A stretch of DNA of 64,000 bases from a virus, in IMG/VR virus record IMGVR_UViG_3300045044_000110; one strand, 5' to 3'. Under the pieces are notes generated by a model. The model was not told the DNA's origin. It searched no databases and worked only from the letters and a program-made list of their open reading frames with translations. The translations under genes were made by a program, and so were the position numbers. Positions 1 through 8,739 of the stretch are shown in pieces. How positions within the stretch are numbered: position 1 is the stretch's first letter; each line of letters begins with the position of its first letter.

Positions 1-624
1 ACTTATTCCGTGCCGGTTCCAGTGCTGAAAGATTAAGTTCGAGTCCACAGATATAGGAAGGAACTTATCCCGAAAGAAATAATCCCAGCCTTGGGTGCCA
101 GCACCGATGATCCAGCCGGGATGCTCATCAAAGAAATTGGTACGCCAGACGGCGTTGCCGTTGAGATGGATCTCGGGCCCGGCCTCGCTGATGCTAGTCA
201 CGTGCCAGTGGCCGAAGGCTTCCTTGCCCAGAGCGCTTACCCTGTCCCATTCGGCGCTTAGCCGGTCGATCCAGTCGCGTGCCAGCGGGATACAGTCCGG
301 CTCGAAGAGTAGGAAACCCTCATTCTGGCAGGTTCCTTCACGGCGCAGCAGTGTCATCTCGATAAAGGCGCTCCCCGCGAGCATGTTGGGTCCCGCTGGC
401 CAGCCGGTGTCGTGGTTACGAGCCATCCGGGCACTGACCCGTTGGAACTTGGAGCGGGCTAGCTTCTCGAACTCCCGGCCAACCCAGATCGGGCAGTCTT
501 TGCGGTAGACTAAGAAGAACTCGGTGCCCTCCCGGCGTTTGCGCTCGATGTCACAGATCAGCTGGACCAACTCGAAGGTCTGGTCCAGGTCAAGGGGAGA
601 ACACTGGAGGGTGAGCGAGATCAA
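1..624 (-). CDS. Glycosyltransferase-like protein (GT-A type), truncated by window start; absent from ORF track
   Basis: Manual translation gives an open frame from TTG at 624 to base 1 (MISLTLQCSPLDLDQTFELVQL...HDTGWPAGPNML...FLLFEPDCIPLARDWIDRLSAEW...HLNGNAVW...GWDY). The EPD motif after a hydrophobic strand resembles a GT-A DxD. It starts 4 nt after the stop of the GT/FkbM gene. Confidence 0.6.
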   Translation of the reverse strand, partial: MISLTLQCSPLDLDQTFELVQLICDIERKRREGTEFFLVYRKDCPIWVGREFEKLARSKFQRVSARMARNHDTGWPAGPNMLAGSAFIEMTLLRREGTCQNEGFLLFEPDCIPLARDWIDRLSAEWDRVSALGKEAFGHWHVTSISEAGPEIHLNGNAVWRTNFFDEHPGWIIGAGTQGWDYFFRDKFLPISVDSNLIFQHWNRHGIS

Positions 625-628
625 TGAA

Positions 629-2119
629 TTAAGCAGGCGCACAGAGGATGTCGCACTGGGATTTTTGATCGGGACTTCCATTCCAGCTTGAACCCTCTGG
701 GTAGAAACGGACTACGCGATAACCTAGTTCGGCAACCACGTCCCGGACCTCATCGATTGAATGGCCCTGGCGCTGCAAAGCTTCTGGATTCTGCTCAAAC
801 CAGATTATGGGCCTGCTCTGTTTAATGATCTCCCGCGCCCCGCGCAAGACCTCCGGTTCGCAGCCTTCCACGTCGATCTTAAAGAATGAGACATCGCCTT
901 TGGGTTCAACCACACTATCCAGAGTCACCCGTTCACAGCTGCTCATCGGCCACTGCAGCTTTGGATCGATCAGCCGCGAGCCACCAACGACATCCGGCTC
1001 ATGAAAGAGATGCACCTTGCCGGGAGCCTCGCCCAGAGCCACTGGGTAACAACGCGCCTGGGGACAGTTCCTAGAAAGACAGAGGTACTGGATCGGGTGA
1101 GGTTCAAAAGCGTAGACAGTACCTTGTTCTCCTACGGCATTGAGGTAGAAGATAGTGTGGTCACCGATGGCCGCGCCCGCATCAATCACCGTTGAGCCGG
1201 GCCGGATATAGGGCCTTAGCTGCTGGAGCACAGTCTGATCATGATCCAGGCGCTGGGTTTGTTCGACCCACCGGCTGAGATGGGTATCGCGTCTCAAGAC
1301 CCACCAGCCTTGCGCTGTCTGCATAATTTGATCCTCCGGAGTCGGATTCTCCTTGCCTATCAGGTACAAATTGTCCAGCTCTCTAATCCGCTCTGTGCTC
1401 CACTGGCTCCAGCTATGATACTGACGGTAGCGTTGCCGCCAGGGCGGAGTCGGGCCACGGACATCGCAGAAGGCGTATTGATCGGGCTCATGCAGGGCAG
1501 CATAGAAGCCGATTACGTTGTGCTCACAGAATTTGAAAGGATGAGAGCCAAAGGTTGCTGGTGAATAAGGCGTAGCGCTGTACAGGCTATCCTTTAGGCC
1601 CTGTCCGGTCCTGGATGTAATCAACCGCCGCACATTGGCGAGCGTGCTCGCCCGGTAAAGAAAGGGAAAGCGCTGCATGTGGTCCGCATGCGGTTCAACT
1701 CCTAACCAGTAACGCATGATCGGCCCCCACTTGAGCTGCGGGACGCTGGGATTCGGCGCAGTGTCATAACGATCAAACCAGATAATCGGTTTTCCATCGA
1801 TCATATGGTCGCTAGCCTGCATAGGCTCAATGAGCATCGTGTCACTGTCCCAAATGGCGAAGAGATCAGCGTCAGAGAAGTTATCACATAACAAGGTCAG
1901 ATATGTTTGGAACGCGTTTCCATCCGGCCAGGGCTCGAAGTAGAAATAACGCACACTGGAGGGGAAACCCCAGGTCTTGATCACTGACTGGCAGTTTGCA
2001 TCGGCCAAGACGATAAAATTCGACTCAGGTTCTTTCCAGTTTTTGACTAAGAACTTGAGCGCATAGCTGATCCAGCAGAGGTCGCCCCACCAAGTCTTAA
2101 CGACAACGTCGGTCCTCAT
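629..2119 (-). CDS. Fusion: N-terminal glycosyltransferase-like domain + C-terminal FkbM-family SAM methyltransferase
   Basis: N-terminal LFAIWDSDTML (DxD). C-terminal FkbM hallmarks VIDAGAAIGDHT, VYAFEPHP, FFKIDVEGCEPEVLRGA. Confidence 0.85.
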   Translation of the reverse strand: MRTDVVVKTWWGDLCWISYALKFLVKNWKEPESNFIVLADANCQSVIKTWGFPSSVRYFYFEPWPDGNAFQTYLTLLCDNFSDADLFAIWDSDTMLIEPMQASDHMIDGKPIIWFDRYDTAPNPSVPQLKWGPIMRYWLGVEPHADHMQRFPFLYRASTLANVRRLITSRTGQGLKDSLYSATPYSPATFGSHPFKFCEHNVIGFYAALHEPDQYAFCDVRGPTPPWRQRYRQYHSWSQWSTERIRELDNLYLIGKENPTPEDQIMQTAQGWWVLRRDTHLSRWVEQTQRLDHDQTVLQQLRPYIRPGSTVIDAGAAIGDHTIFYLNAVGEQGTVYAFEPHPIQYLCLSRNCPQARCYPVALGEAPGKVHLFHEPDVVGGSRLIDPKLQWPMSSCERVTLDSVVEPKGDVSFFKIDVEGCEPEVLRGAREIIKQSRPIIWFEQNPEALQRQGHSIDEVRDVVAELGYRVVRFYPEGSSWNGSPDQKSQCDILCAPA

Positions 2120-2124
2120 AAAAG

Positions 2125-3540
2125 TCAGTAGGCATGGGTGGGCCTGGAGTGTTCGGGCATAAAGGCCATGTTGCCGATATGGCCGCAGATCAGCTGAGTA
2201 TCTAGCCAGATCGGGATGCTGCAGGCTCGAGCCCGTTTACAGAAAGCTTCGTCTTCCCCTTCATCGCCCTCGGGCTGGAAGTAGCGCCAGGGCAGGAACT
2301 CGGCCTGGGGAGCCAGCTCTGGGAACCGGCGCTGGAGTTCGAGGAACACATCCCGGTGCACCAGCGAGCAGCCGAACCCGACCCAGTCGACTTCCACAAG
2401 TCCGCGAGCGGTTCCTTTGCGAATATCATTACAGAGGAGCCTGTCCTCGTGGCTTCGGGGCCGGATCTCGGGCTGTATCACCAACTGCCCCATGAACCGG
2501 CGCGAAGTATACACACCACCCACAATGGCCTTGCCGCTACCGAGCAGCTTTTCCAGCACATCGTAGCGGCAGGCCTCATCGGGTATCACCTGGGAGCCAG
2601 TAATCCAGCGGAACCATTCCGGGTTGGCGATGGGCGGGACAATGTCGGAGTCCAACCAGAGGCTCCACAGAGCGCCGCTTTGCAAGAACCGATGAGCCAG
2701 CATGTTGCGGCTGCGGTGGATCACCGTGTCAGACTGGATATCAAATCCCAGCTCATATTTCTTAGCCAGGTACAGGCAGACCCACATGAAAGGCAGCGTG
2801 GGCTGGCCCAGGATAGGCGCACAGACCACGGCATTCATCTTGCCCCGGTTCGGCAGGCTCTGGATGGCTTGGCCGTTGTCGTGGCTAGCGAGGTGGGGTT
2901 CGAGCTGTTCAGCCAGCTCGACCTGGACTCCAGGCTTGCGGTGCAGCAGCTTCGTCAGCGCCTCCAGCGGAATCCGGCTCGGGTTAATCCCCCACTGATG
3001 CAGGGTCTGCTCCGTGCGGTCGAAGAACTTCTGGGCTTCCCCGCTCTTCTCGCCGCCCAGCTCGTGAATGTAATTTAGTACCTCCAGGACTAGATCGATC
3101 TTCTTCTTGGGTGCGCCCTCCGGTTTCAATTCCCCGTTAGTGCCGGGGGCCGTAGCGGGTGGCTGGGGCGGAGCTTGCGGCGTCTGGGCCACAGGCTGGG
3201 TGCCAGCCAGAGGGTTAGTCTTGCTCTCGACAAAGGTACCGATAGTCGTCCGGCCTGCTCCGGTTGGCGGCACCATTGCCACCTGTGGCGGAGGCGGACC
3301 GCCGGGTTGCTGCGGCGGCACAACCTGTATCTGCGGTGCTATCGGCTGGCCCCGGCCTACTACCTGAGAAACAAATTCGCCTTCCTTAACCGGGCTGCCC
3401 TGCGGAATCTGGCCCTGCTGGTTAGGTGGAACTCCGCTACCTGGGTAGTACAAGTCCTGGTCTTTAGCGGGCGGCGGCGCTGCACCACCTTTCCCGCCGT
3501 AGCGGGCTTCGAAGCTGGTTGCGTCAACGGTGATCGGCAT
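2125..3540 (-). CDS. GT2-like glycosyltransferase with long Pro/Gln-rich N-terminal extension
   Basis: HRSRNMLAHRFL, LWLDSDIV (DxD), VDWVGFGCSLVHRDVF and GEDEAFCKRA...IWLDTQLICGHIG are typical of phage GT2-like proteins. Confidence 0.85.
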   Translation of the reverse strand: MPITVDATSFEARYGGKGGAAPPPAKDQDLYYPGSGVPPNQQGQIPQGSPVKEGEFVSQVVGRGQPIAPQIQVVPPQQPGGPPPPQVAMVPPTGAGRTTIGTFVESKTNPLAGTQPVAQTPQAPPQPPATAPGTNGELKPEGAPKKKIDLVLEVLNYIHELGGEKSGEAQKFFDRTEQTLHQWGINPSRIPLEALTKLLHRKPGVQVELAEQLEPHLASHDNGQAIQSLPNRGKMNAVVCAPILGQPTLPFMWVCLYLAKKYELGFDIQSDTVIHRSRNMLAHRFLQSGALWSLWLDSDIVPPIANPEWFRWITGSQVIPDEACRYDVLEKLLGSGKAIVGGVYTSRRFMGQLVIQPEIRPRSHEDRLLCNDIRKGTARGLVEVDWVGFGCSLVHRDVFLELQRRFPELAPQAEFLPWRYFQPEGDEGEDEAFCKRARACSIPIWLDTQLICGHIGNMAFMPEHSRPTHAY

Positions 3541-3541
3541 A

Positions 3542-4909
3542 TTATTGGTTTCCTCGGTCTACTTCACCCCAGAAAGTTTGGAAGCTTTTGCGTACATCCA
3601 GGTCCTTGATGGAGAGCCCGTTATTGAGCGGCGCGTTCTTAGCTGGAGCGGGGGTATGAGGGGTGCCGGTGGAGGCAGCCATCTTGCGCCGGACTCCGGC
3701 GATCTTGTCCAGCTCGGTGCGCAACTGGTCCCGCTCGGCCTTGGTGAGCCGAAGCTCTTCGGCCACCTGGTTGTACTGTTCTTCAAGGTAGAGCCCTCGG
3801 GTAGCAGCGACACTGGCCCGGACCCAGGCCCGAGGTCCGTTTTTCGAGAGGTCCTGCATCCGCTCAAGGAAATGGCCGTTGAGTCGTTGGAACCGCTCAT
3901 TGTGGGTCTCAATCGCGGCGCGTTCCTCCGCCGTCTTGGCCGCTTCCGGGTCTCGCGGCAACACATCCTGGATATGTTTTTCTTGCTCCCCGATCTCGGA
4001 CATGATCTCGGATTTAACCCGCTCCGCAGTGGCGTTAGTCTTCTCGGTCATCCAGTTATCGAACGAGCTTTTGTCGTTGGTGCGCCGGGTGATCTCGGTA
4101 TCACGGTCACGCTGCAGTTTGAGAAGCTCGGACACGCTGCCCATGAGAGCCTGGCGTTCCAGCTCGTTGGGCACCTTAGCGATGACAGAGTTTAGCCACC
4201 ACTGTTTGTTCAGTTGGTCGGGGCTGTAATTCTGCAGGATATGCTGGGCCCATTGCTGGGCTGAGCCGCGATCCGGGAGCACATTGATGGCTTCCTGTAA
4301 GACGGCCTGAAACTGATTAGCTATGGGTCCCTGGTAACGCTGCTGGAACTCTGGGTCAGAGACGAAATCGAACCGCCGCCGGACAGATGCGGCGTGCTCA
4401 TAGTCAGCTTTCTGTTCGGGGGTGAACGCGTTCTGTTTGGCTTGGGCAAGCTCGGCTTGAAGCTGGGCGTGCTGGGCTTCAAGAGCTTTGAGGCGTTGCC
4501 GGTCGGCCTGCCAGAACCCCTTGAGCTGCTTGAAGTCAGCCTGCATCTCAGGCGGTTGTCCGGCTCTCGGCGGTAGAGCCAGCTTCTCCACTTCCTCGTC
4601 CGTGAAGCGTTTATCCTGGGGTGGCGGCTTCTGTTCCACTGCTGGCGCAGTCGGCGCAGCCTGCTTAGGAGGCTGTGGCTTTGTGGCGGGTGGTTCAGGT
4701 TGTTTCTCCGGTTTAGTTTCTTGCCCGGCTCCGCCCTCCGGCGCTGGCGGCGGGGCTTCGGCTGGCGGCTGCCCCGACTTCGCGTCTTCCTCGGCCCAGA
4801 AATCGCCGAACTGTTTATTGAGATCGCCGAGAGTTTTACTGTCGGCACCTGTGTCTACCGTAACAGTTTCCGGCACCGTTGTGACTATAGGCTGGGCATC
4901 GTCTGGCAT
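3542..4909 (-). CDS. Probable capsid scaffolding protein
   Basis: Disordered P/E/Q-rich N-terminus, long coiled coils, position directly downstream of the portal. Assignment is from context. Confidence 0.45.
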   Translation of the reverse strand: MPDDAQPIVTTVPETVTVDTGADSKTLGDLNKQFGDFWAEEDAKSGQPPAEAPPPAPEGGAGQETKPEKQPEPPATKPQPPKQAAPTAPAVEQKPPPQDKRFTDEEVEKLALPPRAGQPPEMQADFKQLKGFWQADRQRLKALEAQHAQLQAELAQAKQNAFTPEQKADYEHAASVRRRFDFVSDPEFQQRYQGPIANQFQAVLQEAINVLPDRGSAQQWAQHILQNYSPDQLNKQWWLNSVIAKVPNELERQALMGSVSELLKLQRDRDTEITRRTNDKSSFDNWMTEKTNATAERVKSEIMSEIGEQEKHIQDVLPRDPEAAKTAEERAAIETHNERFQRLNGHFLERMQDLSKNGPRAWVRASVAATRGLYLEEQYNQVAEELRLTKAERDQLRTELDKIAGVRRKMAASTGTPHTPAPAKNAPLNNGLSIKDLDVRKSFQTFWGEVDRGNQ

Positions 4910-4913
4910 ACGT

Positions 4914-5168
4914 CTAGTCTTTCTCTGGATCTATCCCTGGTTTAGAGGCGCTGGCCCGTGTCGCCGCGCCAGCGCCCCGATGACCTCCCATTACGGTGAA
5001 GAGCAGGAACTCGTACCCGGCACTGTAAGCGCCGGTCAAGGCTGCTCGCTCTGTTGTGCTGACATCGATCTTGGGTTTCATGGCTAAGAGTTCGCCCTGC
5101 CATTTGCGGCCCAGCGGAGTGTTAAGGAACTCGTTCAGGCCTGCCGCATCGCTCGGGGTCCAGGTCAC
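4914..5168 (-). CDS. Hypothetical protein (84 aa)
   Basis: Overlaps the portal stop by 4 nt (ATGA coupling) and fills the gap to the next gene. Confidence 0.65.
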   Translation of the reverse strand: MTWTPSDAAGLNEFLNTPLGRKWQGELLAMKPKIDVSTTERAALTGAYSAGYEFLLFTVMGGHRGAGAATRASASKPGIDPEKD

Positions 5169-7621
5169 ATCCCACCTCCCGCCGCGAACTGGCCGTTGCC
5201 GTTACCGCCCAGGCCGGGGAGGCTGGCGTTACCGCCCATGGGGATTCCCATGGGACCAACCGGCCCGGCAGGCGCTGCTCCTTGGGGCCCGGCTAGTGCT
5301 CCTAGTCCTTGCTGGCCCATGGCCTGCATCTGAGCCGCCTGCATCTCAGCCTGCATGACTTTATTGTTTAGCTCTCCATACATCTTTTCCAAATCCTTCA
5401 TCTGCAAGATCTGTGGCCGGAGCTGGCGTTTGTTTGCCCCTTGCTGGAGCATCGCCTGCAAGTGCGCCTCGGCATGGGTTACTCCAAGCTTACAACCATT
5501 AATTAAATCCTTGGGTACTTGGACCGGCGGCATTTGGCTAGCAATTTTGAGGTGGTCCGCCACCGCCGGGACAATCGTCTGGAAATGTTGCATGTGCGGG
5601 TCCCGCGCTGATACCTGGACGCCGATCCCGCTCCCCAGCATCGTGGCCCACTCCATTTGTTGGGCTCGCTGGGCTTCGATATCGCTCGTCTGCTGCGGCT
5701 GGGGCACAAAGATTTCTTTGGTCACCTTGAAGCCGACCATCCGGTTCCCGGCCATCTCGTCGAGCTTAGACTGATCGTAATTCGGATTGCCCTTCGCCAA
5801 CTGATAAAACTGCAGGAACATCATGTCATCGTCCCTGCCCGTATGCTCGTTAAACTCAGTCGCCGGTTTGTTGGCGAGAATTATGATCTCCTGGATAGAC
5901 AGCCCGTCGTCCATCAGATCCAGGATGGTCTGGACCGCATCGGCATCAGCCTGCCCGAGGTCCGGGGCCGGAGTAAACTGATCATTGGTGTCGGAGTCGA
6001 CTGACATCATGGCCTCATACAGCTCCTTAGCAATCATGGTGAGCCCCTGGTCCGCTGCTTTTAGCCGGGCTTTGCGTTGTCGCATGGCCGCCCGCAGGTT
6101 GGTCCGGGAATAGATCCGGCGCTGGATACCGGATACTCCACGGGTGAACTGAGTCCACCACCTGGCCATCCACCCTTCTTTGACTTCCTCCTCTTTGACC
6201 GCGTCGATGGAAGACTTAGTGGCTGTCTGTGCCACTTGCCCATTGTTAGTTATCGGTTGGGGTTGAGGCAAGAACGCGCCCGCGATCACCTCGGCGGTGT
6301 TGGTCTGCCTCAAGTCCAGCGCCTGCCAGGCCTGGGCGTCTACCCGGAACTGAGGCTGATGCAAAAGCGCAAAGCCTTCCGGGATAATGAGGAAGGGCGA
6401 GCGCACATGGGGCTGGAGCCGTCCGATCACCGCTTCCTCGGCCTGGCCGATCAGCATCCCGCTCATCCACATGGCATCGACGTAAGCCATCCGGGTCTTT
6501 TCCAAACTCAAACAAATGTTGTAGAGCAGCCGCCCAATTCCTTTCGAACCGAACAGTCTGTTATTGCCTGGCTGAAAGGAAAAGAGTGTAATTACATCGT
6601 CCATGCTTTCCGCGCATGCTTCAAAGTATCCAAGCTCATATGGATCTTCTTCCGGCGGCCTGGGCTCATCCCCTTCCGGTTCCGGTCTTGGTGTGGACTT
6701 ACTTTTTTGCGCTGGCCTATTGCTTTTTTTCGCTCCGTTCCGGTCCACCCACCAGTGGTCTACCGTTCCATCATAACATTTTACAAAGACGTGGCAGGTC
6801 TCGATCATCTTGCTGGACCGGTGGAAGGAATAGTAAAGGTTCCCCTCCCGGACCATATCGGAGAGCTGGCGGGGGTTATAAACAAAGGAATCGTAGGGCG
6901 GGGCCGCCTTCGAGATCGCATTACGCAGGTTCTCCACGTTATATCCGGCCTCTAGGGCGGCGTCCGGGTCCTCGATGATATCGACCGCCTCATGGATGTA
7001 GTAATTAGCCTTGACTACAAAGACTGGCACCTTGGTGGCGATCTGGGGGGTCTGTTCATCAAAGAGGACATCCTCCTGGCGGAAGGTGGTGGGGCGCCAT
7101 TCAAGCTCATCCATCTGGATCTGAGCGGTGTAACCGAAGAGCACATTCTCTCCAGCTACCTGTTCAACGTGATCAATCCAGCCGACCCAGGCGCGGATCA
7201 GTTCCGTGGTCCTCGTCCGGAACTTGTCGGTCTTGTTAGTGGCATCGACAAAGGAGTCGGGCAACTCGCTGGCGGTCAGGTACTTCATCGAGTGGACGGC
7301 ATCCACGAGCCTGGGCGTTACCCGGTCCACGAAGGTCGCCAGGGCCAGGGTGGAAAAGTTAGCTCGCCAGCCTTCTCCGGCACCGTCCAGCTTCTTCTGA
7401 TCGAAGGGTGAGCCGCCGTTGTAAGAGTCAGCGATGAGTTTATTGCGATTGGCTCGGGCCTGGTTATCCCGCTGCAAGCGCATAAAGACTTCATGTGCCT
7501 GGTAAGCCGAAGAGATCGGCTTATTGATGACCTCGGTCGAGTCCTCGCTCTTGAACTTGGGAGCGTTGAATCGCCCGAGCTGTTCGCCTCCGAATGAGGC
7601 AGAGATGTTATCGCTAGCCAT
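5165..7621 (-). CDS. Probable portal protein (podovirus/P22-like size)
   Basis: 818 aa, mostly helical, Q/G-rich C-terminal tail, located two genes after TerL in the canonical packaging-head order. Confidence 0.65.
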   Translation of the reverse strand: MASDNISASFGGEQLGRFNAPKFKSEDSTEVINKPISSAYQAHEVFMRLQRDNQARANRNKLIADSYNGGSPFDQKKLDGAGEGWRANFSTLALATFVDRVTPRLVDAVHSMKYLTASELPDSFVDATNKTDKFRTRTTELIRAWVGWIDHVEQVAGENVLFGYTAQIQMDELEWRPTTFRQEDVLFDEQTPQIATKVPVFVVKANYYIHEAVDIIEDPDAALEAGYNVENLRNAISKAAPPYDSFVYNPRQLSDMVREGNLYYSFHRSSKMIETCHVFVKCYDGTVDHWWVDRNGAKKSNRPAQKSKSTPRPEPEGDEPRPPEEDPYELGYFEACAESMDDVITLFSFQPGNNRLFGSKGIGRLLYNICLSLEKTRMAYVDAMWMSGMLIGQAEEAVIGRLQPHVRSPFLIIPEGFALLHQPQFRVDAQAWQALDLRQTNTAEVIAGAFLPQPQPITNNGQVAQTATKSSIDAVKEEEVKEGWMARWWTQFTRGVSGIQRRIYSRTNLRAAMRQRKARLKAADQGLTMIAKELYEAMMSVDSDTNDQFTPAPDLGQADADAVQTILDLMDDGLSIQEIIILANKPATEFNEHTGRDDDMMFLQFYQLAKGNPNYDQSKLDEMAGNRMVGFKVTKEIFVPQPQQTSDIEAQRAQQMEWATMLGSGIGVQVSARDPHMQHFQTIVPAVADHLKIASQMPPVQVPKDLINGCKLGVTHAEAHLQAMLQQGANKRQLRPQILQMKDLEKMYGELNNKVMQAEMQAAQMQAMGQQGLGALAGPQGAAPAGPVGPMGIPMGGNASLPGLGGNGNGQFAAGGGM

Positions 7622-7623
7622 AC

Positions 7624-8250
7624 CTATTCATTGTGCCAGCACACTGGTGGTGGTTGTTGCTCGCTAGCGGCATGGGTATCAGCCAGCCAGACCGCGACCT
7701 CGTTGGTGTGGCCATAGATCCTACAGACCTGGAGGTTGCGATCATAGGGCGTAGCCAGGCTGCCCTTCGCGTTCTGGATCCTGACCTGGATCGAGTCATT
7801 GCACGGGGCGCATGGAGTAGCCCAGCGCACGTTGTGCGGGCATTGAGCGCAGATCTGGGCCCGATGGGCGGCCAAGGCGGCATCGACCTTGTCCAGCCGG
7901 TGGTGGCCGATGTGAGCCAGCCAGTCCCCGGCCTTATCTATCGGGCTGCGGTAAGCGTTGGTTACCCCAATGCCAACTGTGATACTAGGAGAGGTGGGTG
8001 CGTCCGCGCAGTTCTGGCGGAAGTGCGAGCAGAGATAATGTTTGAGGTCGGCCCGGCAGATCTCCATGTTGGCGTTGGCCGTGCCGCCGCAGAGTTCGGG
8101 ATGCCGCCTGCGGAAATCCAGCATTGCGTCCAGAAGCATCTCGAAGGTGAAGCCACTGATGCGCACCTTCTCACCATTGGAGAGCACCTGGGGGTAATGC
8201 CAGCCACTGGGCGGCATCACACTAGTGATGATGCCGTACTGAACAGCCAT
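7624..8250 (-). CDS. Cys-rich putative metal-binding protein
   Basis: RAQICAQCPHN, CAPC, CRIYGH and a terminal CW. Lies between TerL and the portal. Confidence 0.65.
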   Translation of the reverse strand: MAVQYGIITSVMPPSGWHYPQVLSNGEKVRISGFTFEMLLDAMLDFRRRHPELCGGTANANMEICRADLKHYLCSHFRQNCADAPTSPSITVGIGVTNAYRSPIDKAGDWLAHIGHHRLDKVDAALAAHRAQICAQCPHNVRWATPCAPCNDSIQVRIQNAKGSLATPYDRNLQVCRIYGHTNEVAVWLADTHAASEQQPPPVCWHNE

Positions 8251-8269
8251 TCAAAAAAGCATGCTTTTT

Positions 8270-8557
8270 TCAGGCCGGAGTGCCGGGCTTGGCGGGACCG
8301 CCCTTAATGATAGTCTTACTGAACGGCGCGGGGAAAGCCGGTAGCCCGTCGTCACTCTTTTTCTTGAACTCAGGGTAAGACGGATTGCCAGGCATAGGCG
8401 GATCTTGTGGTTGAAAGTCGGCCAAACCTTTCCGGGCTTCGCGGGCCGGTGCCTTGGTCATCTTGACGTGGTCTAGGAATCCTTCCCGTTGACCTTCGTC
8501 GTTGTAGACACAGCCACCCGTAACCATTTCTTTCGAGAACGGAGGAATAGATTTCAC
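8270..8557 (-). CDS. Hypothetical protein (95 aa, Pro/Lys-rich)
   Basis: Fills the gap between TerL and the Cys-rich gene in the operon direction; GTG start. Confidence 0.5.
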   Translation of the reverse strand: MKSIPPFSKEMVTGGCVYNDEGQREGFLDHVKMTKAPAREARKGLADFQPQDPPMPGNPSYPEFKKKSDDGLPAFPAPFSKTIIKGGPAKPGTPA

Positions 8558-8739
8558 AGTGAGAGAGAGAGGAACGCTAGGTCAAAGTAATACTCCTGTC
8601 CTTGACAAAGGCCAAAAGCTAAATCAGTAAAGACTAAATGCGCGGTAGTAGGGACGTATCTGCCTCTTCTTATCACTAACCCTGGTTCTTGGGGGCGTGA
8701 ACGGGTCCCTCCGGTGGGCAACCACTGGCCGCGCACCTT

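Noticed and set aside
629-2119. DNA methyltransferase
   Set aside because: The motifs are FkbM-type (small-molecule/sugar O-methylation), with no DPPY/NPPY or PC motif.
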